This document shows, one piece after another, positions 9,083 to 17,840 of a stretch of 64,000 bases of DNA; position 1 is the first letter of the stretch; each line of letters starts with the position of its first letter. The position numbers and the translations under genes were made by a program. Source of the stretch: Vicinamibacterales bacterium (GTDB taxonomy: Bacteria; Acidobacteriota; Vicinamibacteria; Vicinamibacterales; UBA8438); contig OZ244051.1 of the NCBI GenBank assembly GCA_965215105.1, positions 3,074,896 to 3,138,895 on the forward strand, read 5' to 3'. The notes below the pieces were generated by a model. The model saw only the letters and a list, made by a program, of their open reading frames with translations. It was not told the origin of the DNA and searched no databases.

Positions 9083-12000
9083 GGGCGCGAGCTCTTCATC
9101 GTCGACAACAGCGTCTCCGGCTGGACCGGACTCCGGTACCTGGAGGAGTGGTGCGGCATCGCGAAGGCGTTCGACATCGCGACCGGGTACTTCGAGATCG
9201 GCGCCCTGCTCACCCTCGACGGCAGATGGCAGGGACTCGACAAGATCCGCATCCTGATGGGGGCGGAGACGACCCATCGGACCCGGAAGGCCATTCTCGC
9301 CGCCGTCCGGGCGCAAGCGCTCGACAGGCTCGACGAGAGCATCGAGGAGGACAAGCAGCCGAACCCCTTCCTGCACGGGGTCCCTGCGATCCTCGACGCC
9401 CTCCGCTCCGGGCAGATCGAGTGCCGGGTCTACGACAAGGACAAGTTCCACGCCAAGGCCTACATCACCCACGCCAAGCTCGAGGTAGTGGGCGCCCAGG
9501 CGCTGGTGGGATCCAGCAACTTCACGCCGCCGGGTCTGACGAAGAACGTCGAACTGAACGTCCAGATCCAGAGCGCGCGCGAGGTCGCGCAGCTCCAGGA
9601 GTGGTTCGAGACGCACTGGCACGAAGCGAGCGACGTCACCGAGGCCGTCATCGAGGCGGTCTCGCGCCATACGCACCTGTACTCGCCGTTCGACGTCTGC
9701 GCGAAGGCCCTGCAGCAGTTCTTCCGGGGGCACGAGCTGACCGCGACCGAGTGGGACGAGAGACGGTCGCGCATGTTCCCGCACCTCGACCGCTATCAGA
9801 GGGAGGCGTACTGGGCGCTCATGAAGATCGCCCGGCAGCATCTCGGCGCGTTCCTCTGCGACGGCGTGGGCCTCGGCAAGACGTTCGTCGGTCTGATGCT
9901 GATCGAGCGGCTCGTCCTCCACGAAGGCAAGCGTGTCGCGCTGTTCGCACCGAAGGCAGCCAAGGAGGGAGTATGGGAGCCCCACCTGCGTCAGTGGCTC
10001 CCGCACATCGGCGGCGTCGGCGGTGGCGCGGACTTCAGCAATCTGGCCGTGTTCAGCCACACCGACCTCGGACGAAGGGGGGACTTCCCGGCGCGTTTCC
10101 GACGCATTGCGGAACTCGCCGACGTCGTCGTCATCGACGAGGCGCACCACTTCCGCAACCCCGGCCGCCGGGAGGACCCCGAAAAGGGAATCGAACCGTC
10201 GCGCTACTACCGCCTGTTCGATCTGCTCGACAACGCGGAACGCCCCAAGACCGTGTTCATGCTGACGGCCACGCCCATCAACAACCGCCTGAGCGACTTC
10301 CGCCACATGACCGAGCTCTTCACCCGTCGCGACGAGGCCTACTTCGCGCGCACGATCGGCGTGAACAACCTGCGGGCCCACTTCAACCAGATGGAGAAGA
10401 CACTTCGCAGCCGTGTCGGGCAGGACGCGGCGGACGCCGCGGAGCACATGACCGACGCTCAGGAGATCCTCCTGACCGACGAGATCTTCCGCCAGCTCGT
10501 CGTCCAGCGGAGCCGCGCGTACGCCCGCGAAAGCCAGATTCGCGAGCACGGCAAAGCGACGGCCTTCCCCGAGCGGAAGGACCCCCAGGTGGCGGCGTAC
10601 TCGATCCGCAAGACCTACGGACGGATACTCGACCTGTTCGAGAGGGCCTTCGCGAAGCAGAACCCGCTCTTCGCACTCCCGATGTACTACCCCCTGCATT
10701 GGTACCGGGGCCCGGACAAGAACATCGACGCGTTCGAGGAGAACCGCCAGAAACAGGTGGTCGGCCTCATCCGGACCAACTTTCTCAAGCGCTTCGAGAG
10801 CTCCGTCGCCGCCTTCGAGCTCTCCTGCGACCGCCTGCTCCGGAAGCTGCTCGCCTTCGTCGAGGTCCACAGCGAGAGCGCCGCCGAGAAGAAGCGCCTC
10901 GAGAGGTGGAAAGCACAGAATGCCGAGGTCCTGGGCTACGCCGTCCAGCGCCAGCTCGATCTCTGGGGCGAGGACGACACAGAGGGGGACGACGAAGACA
11001 TCGTTCCCCAGGAGATGCTCGAAGCCGTCGTGCGCCTCGACCGGGCCGAGTACGACGTCGAGGAGATGATGTCCGAGACCTTCCTCGACCTCGACCAGAT
11101 CGCGCAGTTCCTCGACGAGGCGCGGAAGTTCGAGCCGAAGCACGACGACAAGCTCCGGAAGCTCATCCGCCTTCTCAAGTCGAAGACGCTGGCCGACCGG
11201 AAGATCCTGATCTTCACCGAGTTCGCCGACACCGCCCGCTACCTCAAGCGTCACCTGGACTCGGCCGGTATCGAGGGCGTCGAGCAGGTGGACAGCGCCA
11301 CGAAGAAGAACCGTGCAGACGTCATCCAGCGCTTCGCGCCCTACTACAACGGCCTCTCCTCCCCGGAGCTCGCCGAGCACGGCCGCGAGGAGATCCGCGT
11401 CCTGATCTCCACGGACGTCCTCTCCGAGGGTCTCAACCTCCAGGACGCCTCGCGGATGATCAACTACGACATCCACTGGAACCCCGTGCGCCTCATGCAG
11501 CGCATCGGCCGGGTGGACCGGCGCATGAACCCCGAGATCGAGAAGCGGCTCGTCGCCGACCGTCCCGACGCGGCCGCCTCGCGCGGCAAGGTCTGGTTCT
11601 GGAACTTCCTTCCGCCCGAAGAGCTGAACGACATCCTCTCGCTCTACACGCGGGTCACGCAGAAGACGCTGCTGATCTCCGAAACGCTCGGCATCGAGGG
11701 CAAGAAGCTCCTCACTCCCGAGGACGACTTCAAGGCGCTGAAGGAGTTCAATCACGCCTACGAGGGCACGCGCACGGCCGTGGAGGACATGCACCTCGAG
11801 TACCAGGCGCTGCTCCAGGCCGACCCGGAGCTGGAGGCGCGCCTTGCCCGCTTCCCCGGCGCGATCTTCAGCGGCCGCGAGCGCGTGGTGAAGGGCGTGC
11901 GCGGTGTCTTCCTCTGCTACGCGCTCCCCGCCCTCGACAAGGAGAAGAACGAGTTCACCGAGGAGGCCGGCACCACCCGCTGGTACCTCTACGACCTCGA

Positions 12001-12214
12001 CCGCGCTACCATCCTCGACGAACCGGGCGAGATCGTCGCGAGCATCCGCTCGAAGCCCGAGACGCCCCGACGCTGCGCCATGGAAGAGCAGACGCTCCTC
12101 GACGTCCGCAAGCGGATCGAAAAGCACGTCAAGAACAGCTACCTGAAGCGCGTGGATGCCCCGGTCGGCGTCAAGCCGCGACTGCGCTGCTGGATGGAGC
12201 TGAACGAGAGCTGA
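9065..12214 (+). CDS. PLD(HKD) nuclease - SNF2 family helicase fusion
   Basis: FHAKAYITH...GSSNFT is an HKD motif. The SNF2 motifs DGVGLGKT, VVIDEAHHFRN, LTATPINN and NYDIHWNPVRLMQRIGRVDR are present. ATG at 9065 is preferred to the upstream TTG at 8996. Confidence 0.85.
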   Translation: MTVDSKGRELFIVDNSVSGWTGLRYLEEWCGIAKAFDIATGYFEIGALLTLDGRWQGLDKIRILMGAETTHRTRKAILAAVRAQALDRLDESIEEDKQPNPFLHGVPAILDALRSGQIECRVYDKDKFHAKAYITHAKLEVVGAQALVGSSNFTPPGLTKNVELNVQIQSAREVAQLQEWFETHWHEASDVTEAVIEAVSRHTHLYSPFDVCAKALQQFFRGHELTATEWDERRSRMFPHLDRYQREAYWALMKIARQHLGAFLCDGVGLGKTFVGLMLIERLVLHEGKRVALFAPKAAKEGVWEPHLRQWLPHIGGVGGGADFSNLAVFSHTDLGRRGDFPARFRRIAELADVVVIDEAHHFRNPGRREDPEKGIEPSRYYRLFDLLDNAERPKTVFMLTATPINNRLSDFRHMTELFTRRDEAYFARTIGVNNLRAHFNQMEKTLRSRVGQDAADAAEHMTDAQEILLTDEIFRQLVVQRSRAYARESQIREHGKATAFPERKDPQVAAYSIRKTYGRILDLFERAFAKQNPLFALPMYYPLHWYRGPDKNIDAFEENRQKQVVGLIRTNFLKRFESSVAAFELSCDRLLRKLLAFVEVHSESAAEKKRLERWKAQNAEVLGYAVQRQLDLWGEDDTEGDDEDIVPQEMLEAVVRLDRAEYDVEEMMSETFLDLDQIAQFLDEARKFEPKHDDKLRKLIRLLKSKTLADRKILIFTEFADTARYLKRHLDSAGIEGVEQVDSATKKNRADVIQRFAPYYNGLSSPELAEHGREEIRVLISTDVLSEGLNLQDASRMINYDIHWNPVRLMQRIGRVDRRMNPEIEKRLVADRPDAAASRGKVWFWNFLPPEELNDILSLYTRVTQKTLLISETLGIEGKKLLTPEDDFKALKEFNHAYEGTRTAVEDMHLEYQALLQADPELEARLARFPGAIFSGRERVVKGVRGVFLCYALPALDKEKNEFTEEAGTTRWYLYDLDRATILDEPGEIVASIRSKPETPRRCAMEEQTLLDVRKRIEKHVKNSYLKRVDAPVGVKPRLRCWMELNES

Positions 12215-12218
12215 GCCG

Positions 12219-13271
12219 ATGCCGACCGACCACCGCGAACGCCTCGCCGGCATCCGCCGCTTCGATCAACTCGTCGCCTACCTGCGCGACGAGCTCGGCT
12301 GGCCGATCGACTCGGACGACTTCGAGGAAGCGACCTTCGAGTACACGCCGGACGAGCTCGGGATCGACGCGAAGAACGCGGCCAAGATCCAGGAGATCAA
12401 GCGCCTGCGACCCCTCGCACCGGGCCAGCCCTGGGGCATCTTCTTCGTGAAGTTCGAACCGAAGCGCCTGCCCGTGGTGGCGCTGCGCCGCATCCTCGGA
12501 CGGGTGGCGCTCAAGAAGCGCGGCTCCGCCAACCCGTCCGAGCGCCAGGCCTGGGCCGCCGACGACCTGCTGTTCGTGTCGAACTACGGTGAGGGCGACC
12601 AACGGCGGATCGCCTTCGCCCACTTCTCGAAGCCGCGCGACGGCCACGACCTGCCGGCCCTGAAGGTGCTCGGCTGGGACAACCTCGACACGCCGCTCCA
12701 CCTCGACGCCGTAGCCAGCGAGCTGCGGGACCACCTCACTTGGCCCGACGACGAGAGCGACCCCGACGCCTGGCGCGACCACTGGCGCGCCGCGTTCACG
12801 CTGCGCCACCGCGAGGTCATCACCACGTCGAAGCAGCTCTCCGCGCGCCTGGCCGTGCTGGCGCGCGCCATCCGCGACCGCACCCGGACCGCGCTGGCCA
12901 TCGAGACCGAGACCGGCCCCCTCACGAAGCTCATGAACGCGTTCCGGACCGCGCTCGTCCACGACCTCGACGAGGCCGGCTTCGCCGACATGTACGCCCA
13001 GACCATCGCCTACGGCCTGCTCTCGGCCCGCATCACCGACCCCGGCCGGCGCACCGCCGACGACTTCGCCGCCCACCTGCGGACGAACCCCTTTCTCCGG
13101 GAGCTGATGGAGACCTTCCTCCATGTGGGCGGCCGCCGCCGCCCGGCCGGCGGACCCGGCATCGACTTCGACGAGCTGGGCGCCTCGGACGTCGTGGAGC
13201 TCCTCGACCGGGCCAACATGGAGGCCGTCGTCCGCGACTTCGGCGACCGGAACCCCCAGGAAGACCCGGTG
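12219..13271 (+). pseudogene. N-terminal remnant of a type ISP/IIG (PglX/DrmMI-class) N6-adenine DNA methyltransferase; catalytic domain deleted
   Basis: FADMYAQTIAYGLLSARI ... [12 protein letters not shown] ... RNPQEDPV matches the pre-catalytic helical region of this class. The sequence breaks exactly where the IHFYE.../NPPY domain should start. The frame changes at 13272-13275. Confidence 0.65.
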
Positions 13272-13275
13272 CGTG

Positions 13276-14019
13276 TCCGAGGAGGTCTGGGGCTTCCACA
13301 TCGGCGGCTATCAAGTTTGCCACAAATGGCTCAAGGACCGGAAGGGTCGCACGCTCTCGGACGAGGACGTCGTCCAATACCAGAAGATCGTCGTCGCCCT
13401 GAACGAGACCATCCGGATCATGACCGAGATCGATGAAATCATCGAAGCCCACGGCGGCTGGCCCGACGCGTTCCGGGCGGGTGCGCAGGCGGGTGCGCCA
13501 TCGCACGGGACCGCGGAGGTGCTCCCGTTCCGGCCGCGGACGGTCCAGCCCGCGCCGGAGGACCGCTACGTCACCTGCGTGCCCCTCGTCCCACTCAAGG
13601 CCGCCGCCGGCGCCTTCAGCGACCCGCAACACATCGACGATGACGACGTCGAGTGGGTATCCTTGGAGTCCGGCCGTCGCCTGCGCAAGGGTATGTTCGT
13701 CGCCCAGGTCGTCGGCAGGTCCATGGCGCCCGCGGTCCCCGACGGCGCCTGGTGCCTCTTCCGGGCGCCCGTCGAGGGTACGCGCCAAGGCAAGACCGTC
13801 CTCGTCCAGCTCCGCGACGCCGCCGACCCCGAGACCGGACAGCGCTACACCGTCAAGCGCTACGAGAGCCAAAAGGCGAAGGGGGCAACTTCTTGGCATC
13901 ACCAGAAGATCGTCCTCGAGCCCGTCAACCCGGACTTCGAGTCGATCGTGCTCACCGGCGCGGACGAAGACGAGCTGCGGGTGGTCGCAGAACTGGTCGA
14001 GGTGCTTGGAGGCCGATGA
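13276..14019 (+). CDS. Type ISP/IIG C-terminal motif fused to a LexA-like S24 peptidase domain
   Basis: [50 protein letters not shown] is the conserved C-terminal end of the class. It is followed by [13 protein letters not shown] (LexA-like cleavage-site region), [11 protein letters not shown] (Ser at 13720-13722) and YTVKRY (Lys). Internal ATGs near 13420 could give a standalone S24 protein. Confidence 0.6.
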   Translation, partial: SEEVWGFHIGGYQVCHKWLKDRKGRTLSDEDVVQYQKIVVALNETIRIMTEIDEIIEAHGGWPDAFRAGAQAGAPSHGTAEVLPFRPRTVQPAPEDRYVTCVPLVPLKAAAGAFSDPQHIDDDDVEWVSLESGRRLRKGMFVAQVVGRSMAPAVPDGAWCLFRAPVEGTRQGKTVLVQLRDAADPETGQRYTVKRYESQKAKGATSWHHQKIVLEPVNPDFESIVLTGADEDELRVVAELVEVLGGR

Positions 14020-17000
14020 GTGGCTCCGGAGCAGCTCGAACCGCGTCTGGAGCTGCTCCGCGAGGAGTACGTCCTCGTTCAGGCGTGGAAGAAGACCGCA
14101 TCCTACATCCGCTACCACAACTGGTTTTCCGACACGCTGGCCCTCGACCGAGCGGCCGTGAACCTGCCAACGTTTCTCGGCGAACTGCGCGAGCGTCTGC
14201 AGGCTCCGGAGACTTGGCGGAACGATCCGTTGCGCATCGTTCCGGCGCCGAAGAGGCAGCACTGGAGAGTGCGGGAAGGTGCGTGGGAGCCCGTCAAGGG
14301 AGCGCCCTCGGCGCGGCTTCGACCGCTCGCCCACGTCAGCTTGGAGGAGCAGGTGGTGGCGACGGCACTGATGCTCTGTCTCGCCGACCGGGTCGAGACT
14401 CGGCAGGGGGATCCGTGGCGGTCGGTACGTGATCCGGAATCGCGAAGGCAGGTGGTTTCCTACGGAAATCGGCTGTTCTGCGACGCCGTCGGTAGCGAAC
14501 TACGCCATCGGTGGGGATCGTCCAAGCTCTACCGAGCCTACTACCAGGACTACCGTACGTTCCTCTCCCGGCCGGAAATCGCGGCCGAGGCGGTACCGGC
14601 AGCGGAGGAAAAGCGTGTCTACGTCGTCCATGCGGATCTTCGGCAGTTCTACGACCGCGTCCGCCCGGATCTGCTTTCCGCAGCCATCGGCCGCGTTCGC
14701 CGCGACGGAGATAATGCCGGATTCTTCTCTCTGGCGGCGTCGGTGCTCGATTGGCGCTGGGATCCGCGTGATGGAAGAGACGTCCGGATCTACGCAGGGC
14801 AGGCGGAGCTGGAGGACTTCACGCGGGTGGCGTTGCCGCAGGGGCTCGTCAGCGCGGGCTTCTTCGCCAACGTCGCGCTCCTTTCGTTCGACGAAGCGCT
14901 GCGCGCGGCGATCGGGACCGAGATCGCTTTCGGGATCCGCTTGGTGGATTCGTGCCGGTACGTCGACGACTTGCGGATCCTCGTTGCCGTTGACCGGAAC
15001 TCCGCCACCTCGTCGGACGACCTTGAGACCGCCGTCTCCAGCGTCTCCAGATGGCTGAGCAGGGTGCTGCAAGAGCATGCGCCCGGTCTCGCGCTGTCCC
15101 CCGAGAAGACCCAGGCCGCAGCGCTTGGAGGCGACGAACGGCCGCTGGTGCGACAGAGCGCGAAGATGAACCGCATCCAGTCGGCGGTGTCGGGGGGATT
15201 CGACGCGCTCGGGGGCGAGGAGATCCTCGACGCCATCCAGGGGCTGATGCGCGCTCAGGAAGCACTCAGCGTCGGCGACGACAGCGGCTGGCGATTTTCG
15301 CCGGTTCCAGACGTCCGCAACGAGACGGTCGCCAGATTCGGCGCTGCCCGATATCGAACCACGTTCCGTTCCATCAGGCCGCTGCTCCAGGACGATGACA
15401 CGCCGGACGAGTCTGAGGTTGGAAGAGCCGATACCGCGGCTGGCGGGCGACTGCGGGTAGCGCGCACGCGGCGGGAGCTGGACGAGGATGCGAGGGCGTT
15501 TGCGCTGGGTCTGATTCAGCGGTGGATCGACGATCCGTCGAACGTCCGCCTGCTTCGGATCGGCCTGGATCTCTGGCCGGACGTGAAGCTGTTGCAGGAA
15601 GTCCTCTCATTGCTTCGTCCGTTCACGGAAACGGGGGGCCGTCGCAACGCCCCGAGGCGCGTCGCTTGGTACTGCCTCGCTGAAGTCCTGCGCGCAGGAG
15701 CCACGGAGACGGGCCTCGTGGCGGACACCGAATCGCTCCCAGCGGGGGTCGACGTGGGTCGCTACCGGGAGGAGCTCCGTAAGGAGGCCAGTCGCCTGGC
15801 GACGTTGCCCTGGCCGACCATTCCCTGGTACCTCCGACAGCAGGCACTGCTGTTCCTTGCCGCGTTCGATCCCGCCGGGGCGCCGGTCGTGCGCACGGGA
15901 AGAGCGCCGGAGACCAAGCACTACCGGGAGCTCATCCTATTCCTGCGCGGTGGACTGCACCCGCGACCGGCCTCGGAATTCGCCACTTTCGCGATCCTGG
16001 CTAGGCGCGCGTTCGTGGGTCGAGCACGCGCCGTCGAGCTGACGCGCCCGGCTCTCAATCCCTCGGAGAAGCGGCAGATCGCCCGGAGGGACCCGAGTTT
16101 CCTTCTCGAACTCATCCACGCGGAGACGCAGGGTCTACTCTTCGACGATCTTCCGGCGCGCGTGCGCGAGGATCTGTGCAGGATTACTGATAGTTCGGGC
16201 GGAGACTCTGGCACCTTGGCCGACGCGGTCCTGCGCTCTCATCCGACCGGCTCACTCCGCAACGAGCTCTCCCTTCTCCGCTTCGGGAGGGCTTTTCTCG
16301 AACAGTGGCGGCAGCAGGAGTCTCCGTCCGAGGTGATCACGCCAGGGCAGGTCAAGCTCAACGTCGCCGAGGACCACGGGGTCCCAGACGTAGAAGGCCT
16401 ACGGATAACGGGGAGTCTGGCCGACCCATCGGGGTCCCTGTACGAAGTGCCCGCATGGTGTGAAGCCGGCGAGCGGTGGCGCTTCCAGCTCGGATTCTTG
16501 CTGCGGTTCATCCTGTCGGGGCAGCCGGATTTCACGCGTCCGGTACGCCGGGCGAGTTGGAGAGAGACCGAATTGGCCTATCGTCCTGCCGAGAACCACT
16601 GGTACCAGCGGCTGTACGGCCTGTACAACGGGCAGCCGGCCTTCGGAGACGACTGGCTTCCGATCACGGACTGGACGGAAGGATTCCTCCTCGCCCTCCT
16701 GCGCTGGCCGCGGTGCCGTGCTTCCGAGGGGTTCCGTTGGGTCGAACAGGGCATCGAAGAGGCGAGGACGCAGATTGGCCGGAGGATCGCCGCCCTCGAG
16801 AAACGTCGCGGCAGCGCTACCTGCGCGTTGATCCTGCCGCTGCCGGCCAAGCGACCGACCGCCACGAACGCGAATCGACCGTTACGCGCCTGCGTGGTCC
16901 AGGCGGCCGTTCCGGCGGCCGACGACTTTCGGCACACCGACCTGGCGCTCAACGAGTCCGCAATTCGGCGAAGACACCGCAATCACCTGTCGGCGGCCCT

Positions 17001-17757
17001 CGCAGCCGTGGAACGCATGCTGGCCCTGCGGGAGACGCACAAGGAAAGCGAAGGGCGGCTCGATTGGCTGATTCTACCCGAGCTTGCCGTCCATCCGAAT
17101 GACGTTCGTACTCATCTGGTTCCTTTCGCACGGGCTCACAGGGCGCTGATCCTCACCGGGCTGACCTATGAGGAGGTTCTGGTGGGGCAACCGCTGGTCA
17201 ACTCAGCTCTGTGGATCATTCCGGAGTGGTCGGACGCCTACGGGCTGCAGATCAGGACTCGCCGTCAGGGGAAGGCGCATCTCGCCCCGAATGAGCAGGC
17301 GTTCAACGGAGCTGGCGCCCGTATCCTGCAGGGCTTTCGGCCCTGCCAGTGGTTGATCGGCTATCCGTGGTCTGACGCGGAGGATGCCCAGCCTGCCTGG
17401 CTGACGGCGGCCGTCTGCTATGACGCGACGGATCTTGGTCTTGCTGCGGATCTCAGGGATGAGTCGGATATACTGGCGATCCCGGCGCTCAACCAAGACG
17501 TCAAGACGTTCGACCAGATGGCCCTGGCGTTGCACTACCACATGTTCCAGCTCGTGGTCGTCGCCAACAACGGGCAGTACGGCGGGAGCAACGCCTATTG
17601 GCCGAGGAAAGATGTTGTTGTCAGGCAGGTCTTCCATACCCATGGACAGCCGCAGGCCTCGATCTCGTTCCTCGAAATCGATGACATCGGCGCATTTCTG
17701 GAGCGCCACGACGGAGCCGACTGGAAGCATCCGCCTGCAGGTCTGAACCGTCGCTGA
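14020..17757 (+). CDS. Reverse transcriptase - nitrilase (C-N hydrolase) fusion, DRT1/UG1-like
   Basis: RT motifs: RLRPLAHVSLEEQVVATALMLCL, VVHADLRQFYDRV, LPQGLVSAGFFANVAL, YVDD (14959-14970) and LSPEKT. Nitrilase triad context: LILPELAV, QGKAHLAP and AAVCYDATD (Cys at 17416-17418). The GTG start directly abuts the upstream TGA (14017-14019). Confidence 0.85.
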   Translation: MAPEQLEPRLELLREEYVLVQAWKKTASYIRYHNWFSDTLALDRAAVNLPTFLGELRERLQAPETWRNDPLRIVPAPKRQHWRVREGAWEPVKGAPSARLRPLAHVSLEEQVVATALMLCLADRVETRQGDPWRSVRDPESRRQVVSYGNRLFCDAVGSELRHRWGSSKLYRAYYQDYRTFLSRPEIAAEAVPAAEEKRVYVVHADLRQFYDRVRPDLLSAAIGRVRRDGDNAGFFSLAASVLDWRWDPRDGRDVRIYAGQAELEDFTRVALPQGLVSAGFFANVALLSFDEALRAAIGTEIAFGIRLVDSCRYVDDLRILVAVDRNSATSSDDLETAVSSVSRWLSRVLQEHAPGLALSPEKTQAAALGGDERPLVRQSAKMNRIQSAVSGGFDALGGEEILDAIQGLMRAQEALSVGDDSGWRFSPVPDVRNETVARFGAARYRTTFRSIRPLLQDDDTPDESEVGRADTAAGGRLRVARTRRELDEDARAFALGLIQRWIDDPSNVRLLRIGLDLWPDVKLLQEVLSLLRPFTETGGRRNAPRRVAWYCLAEVLRAGATETGLVADTESLPAGVDVGRYREELRKEASRLATLPWPTIPWYLRQQALLFLAAFDPAGAPVVRTGRAPETKHYRELILFLRGGLHPRPASEFATFAILARRAFVGRARAVELTRPALNPSEKRQIARRDPSFLLELIHAETQGLLFDDLPARVREDLCRITDSSGGDSGTLADAVLRSHPTGSLRNELSLLRFGRAFLEQWRQQESPSEVITPGQVKLNVAEDHGVPDVEGLRITGSLADPSGSLYEVPAWCEAGERWRFQLGFLLRFILSGQPDFTRPVRRASWRETELAYRPAENHWYQRLYGLYNGQPAFGDDWLPITDWTEGFLLALLRWPRCRASEGFRWVEQGIEEARTQIGRRIAALEKRRGSATCALILPLPAKRPTATNANRPLRACVVQAAVPAADDFRHTDLALNESAIRRRHRNHLSAALAAVERMLALRETHKESEGRLDWLILPELAVHPNDVRTHLVPFARAHRALILTGLTYEEVLVGQPLVNSALWIIPEWSDAYGLQIRTRRQGKAHLAPNEQAFNGAGARILQGFRPCQWLIGYPWSDAEDAQPAWLTAAVCYDATDLGLAADLRDESDILAIPALNQDVKTFDQMALALHYHMFQLVVVANNGQYGGSNAYWPRKDVVVRQVFHTHGQPQASISFLEIDDIGAFLERHDGADWKHPPAGLNRR

Positions 17758-17840
17758 TTGCCCTTGAGGGTCAAGAATGCCACTGTTTTCCACAGCAGGG
17801 GCGTCGCGGGTCTGAACATGAGATCATCGGGAGGTTCGTC

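Noticed and set aside
8987-12253. Very long ORFs antisense to or overlapping real genes, for example 8987-12253(-), 2064-3644(-), 4727-7396(-), 39311-43375(-), 17595-19664(-) and 52833-55844(-) as single units.
   Set aside because: In very GC-rich DNA, stop codons are rare in all frames. These translations are Arg/Pro/Gly/Ala-rich with no recognisable motifs. The opposite or alternative frame carries clear family signatures.
17741-17816. A weak 12-bp repeat gc(a/g)ggtctgaac at the RT stop and 67 bp downstream, as another terminal duplication.
   Set aside because: It is too short and the flanks do not align, so it cannot be distinguished from chance.
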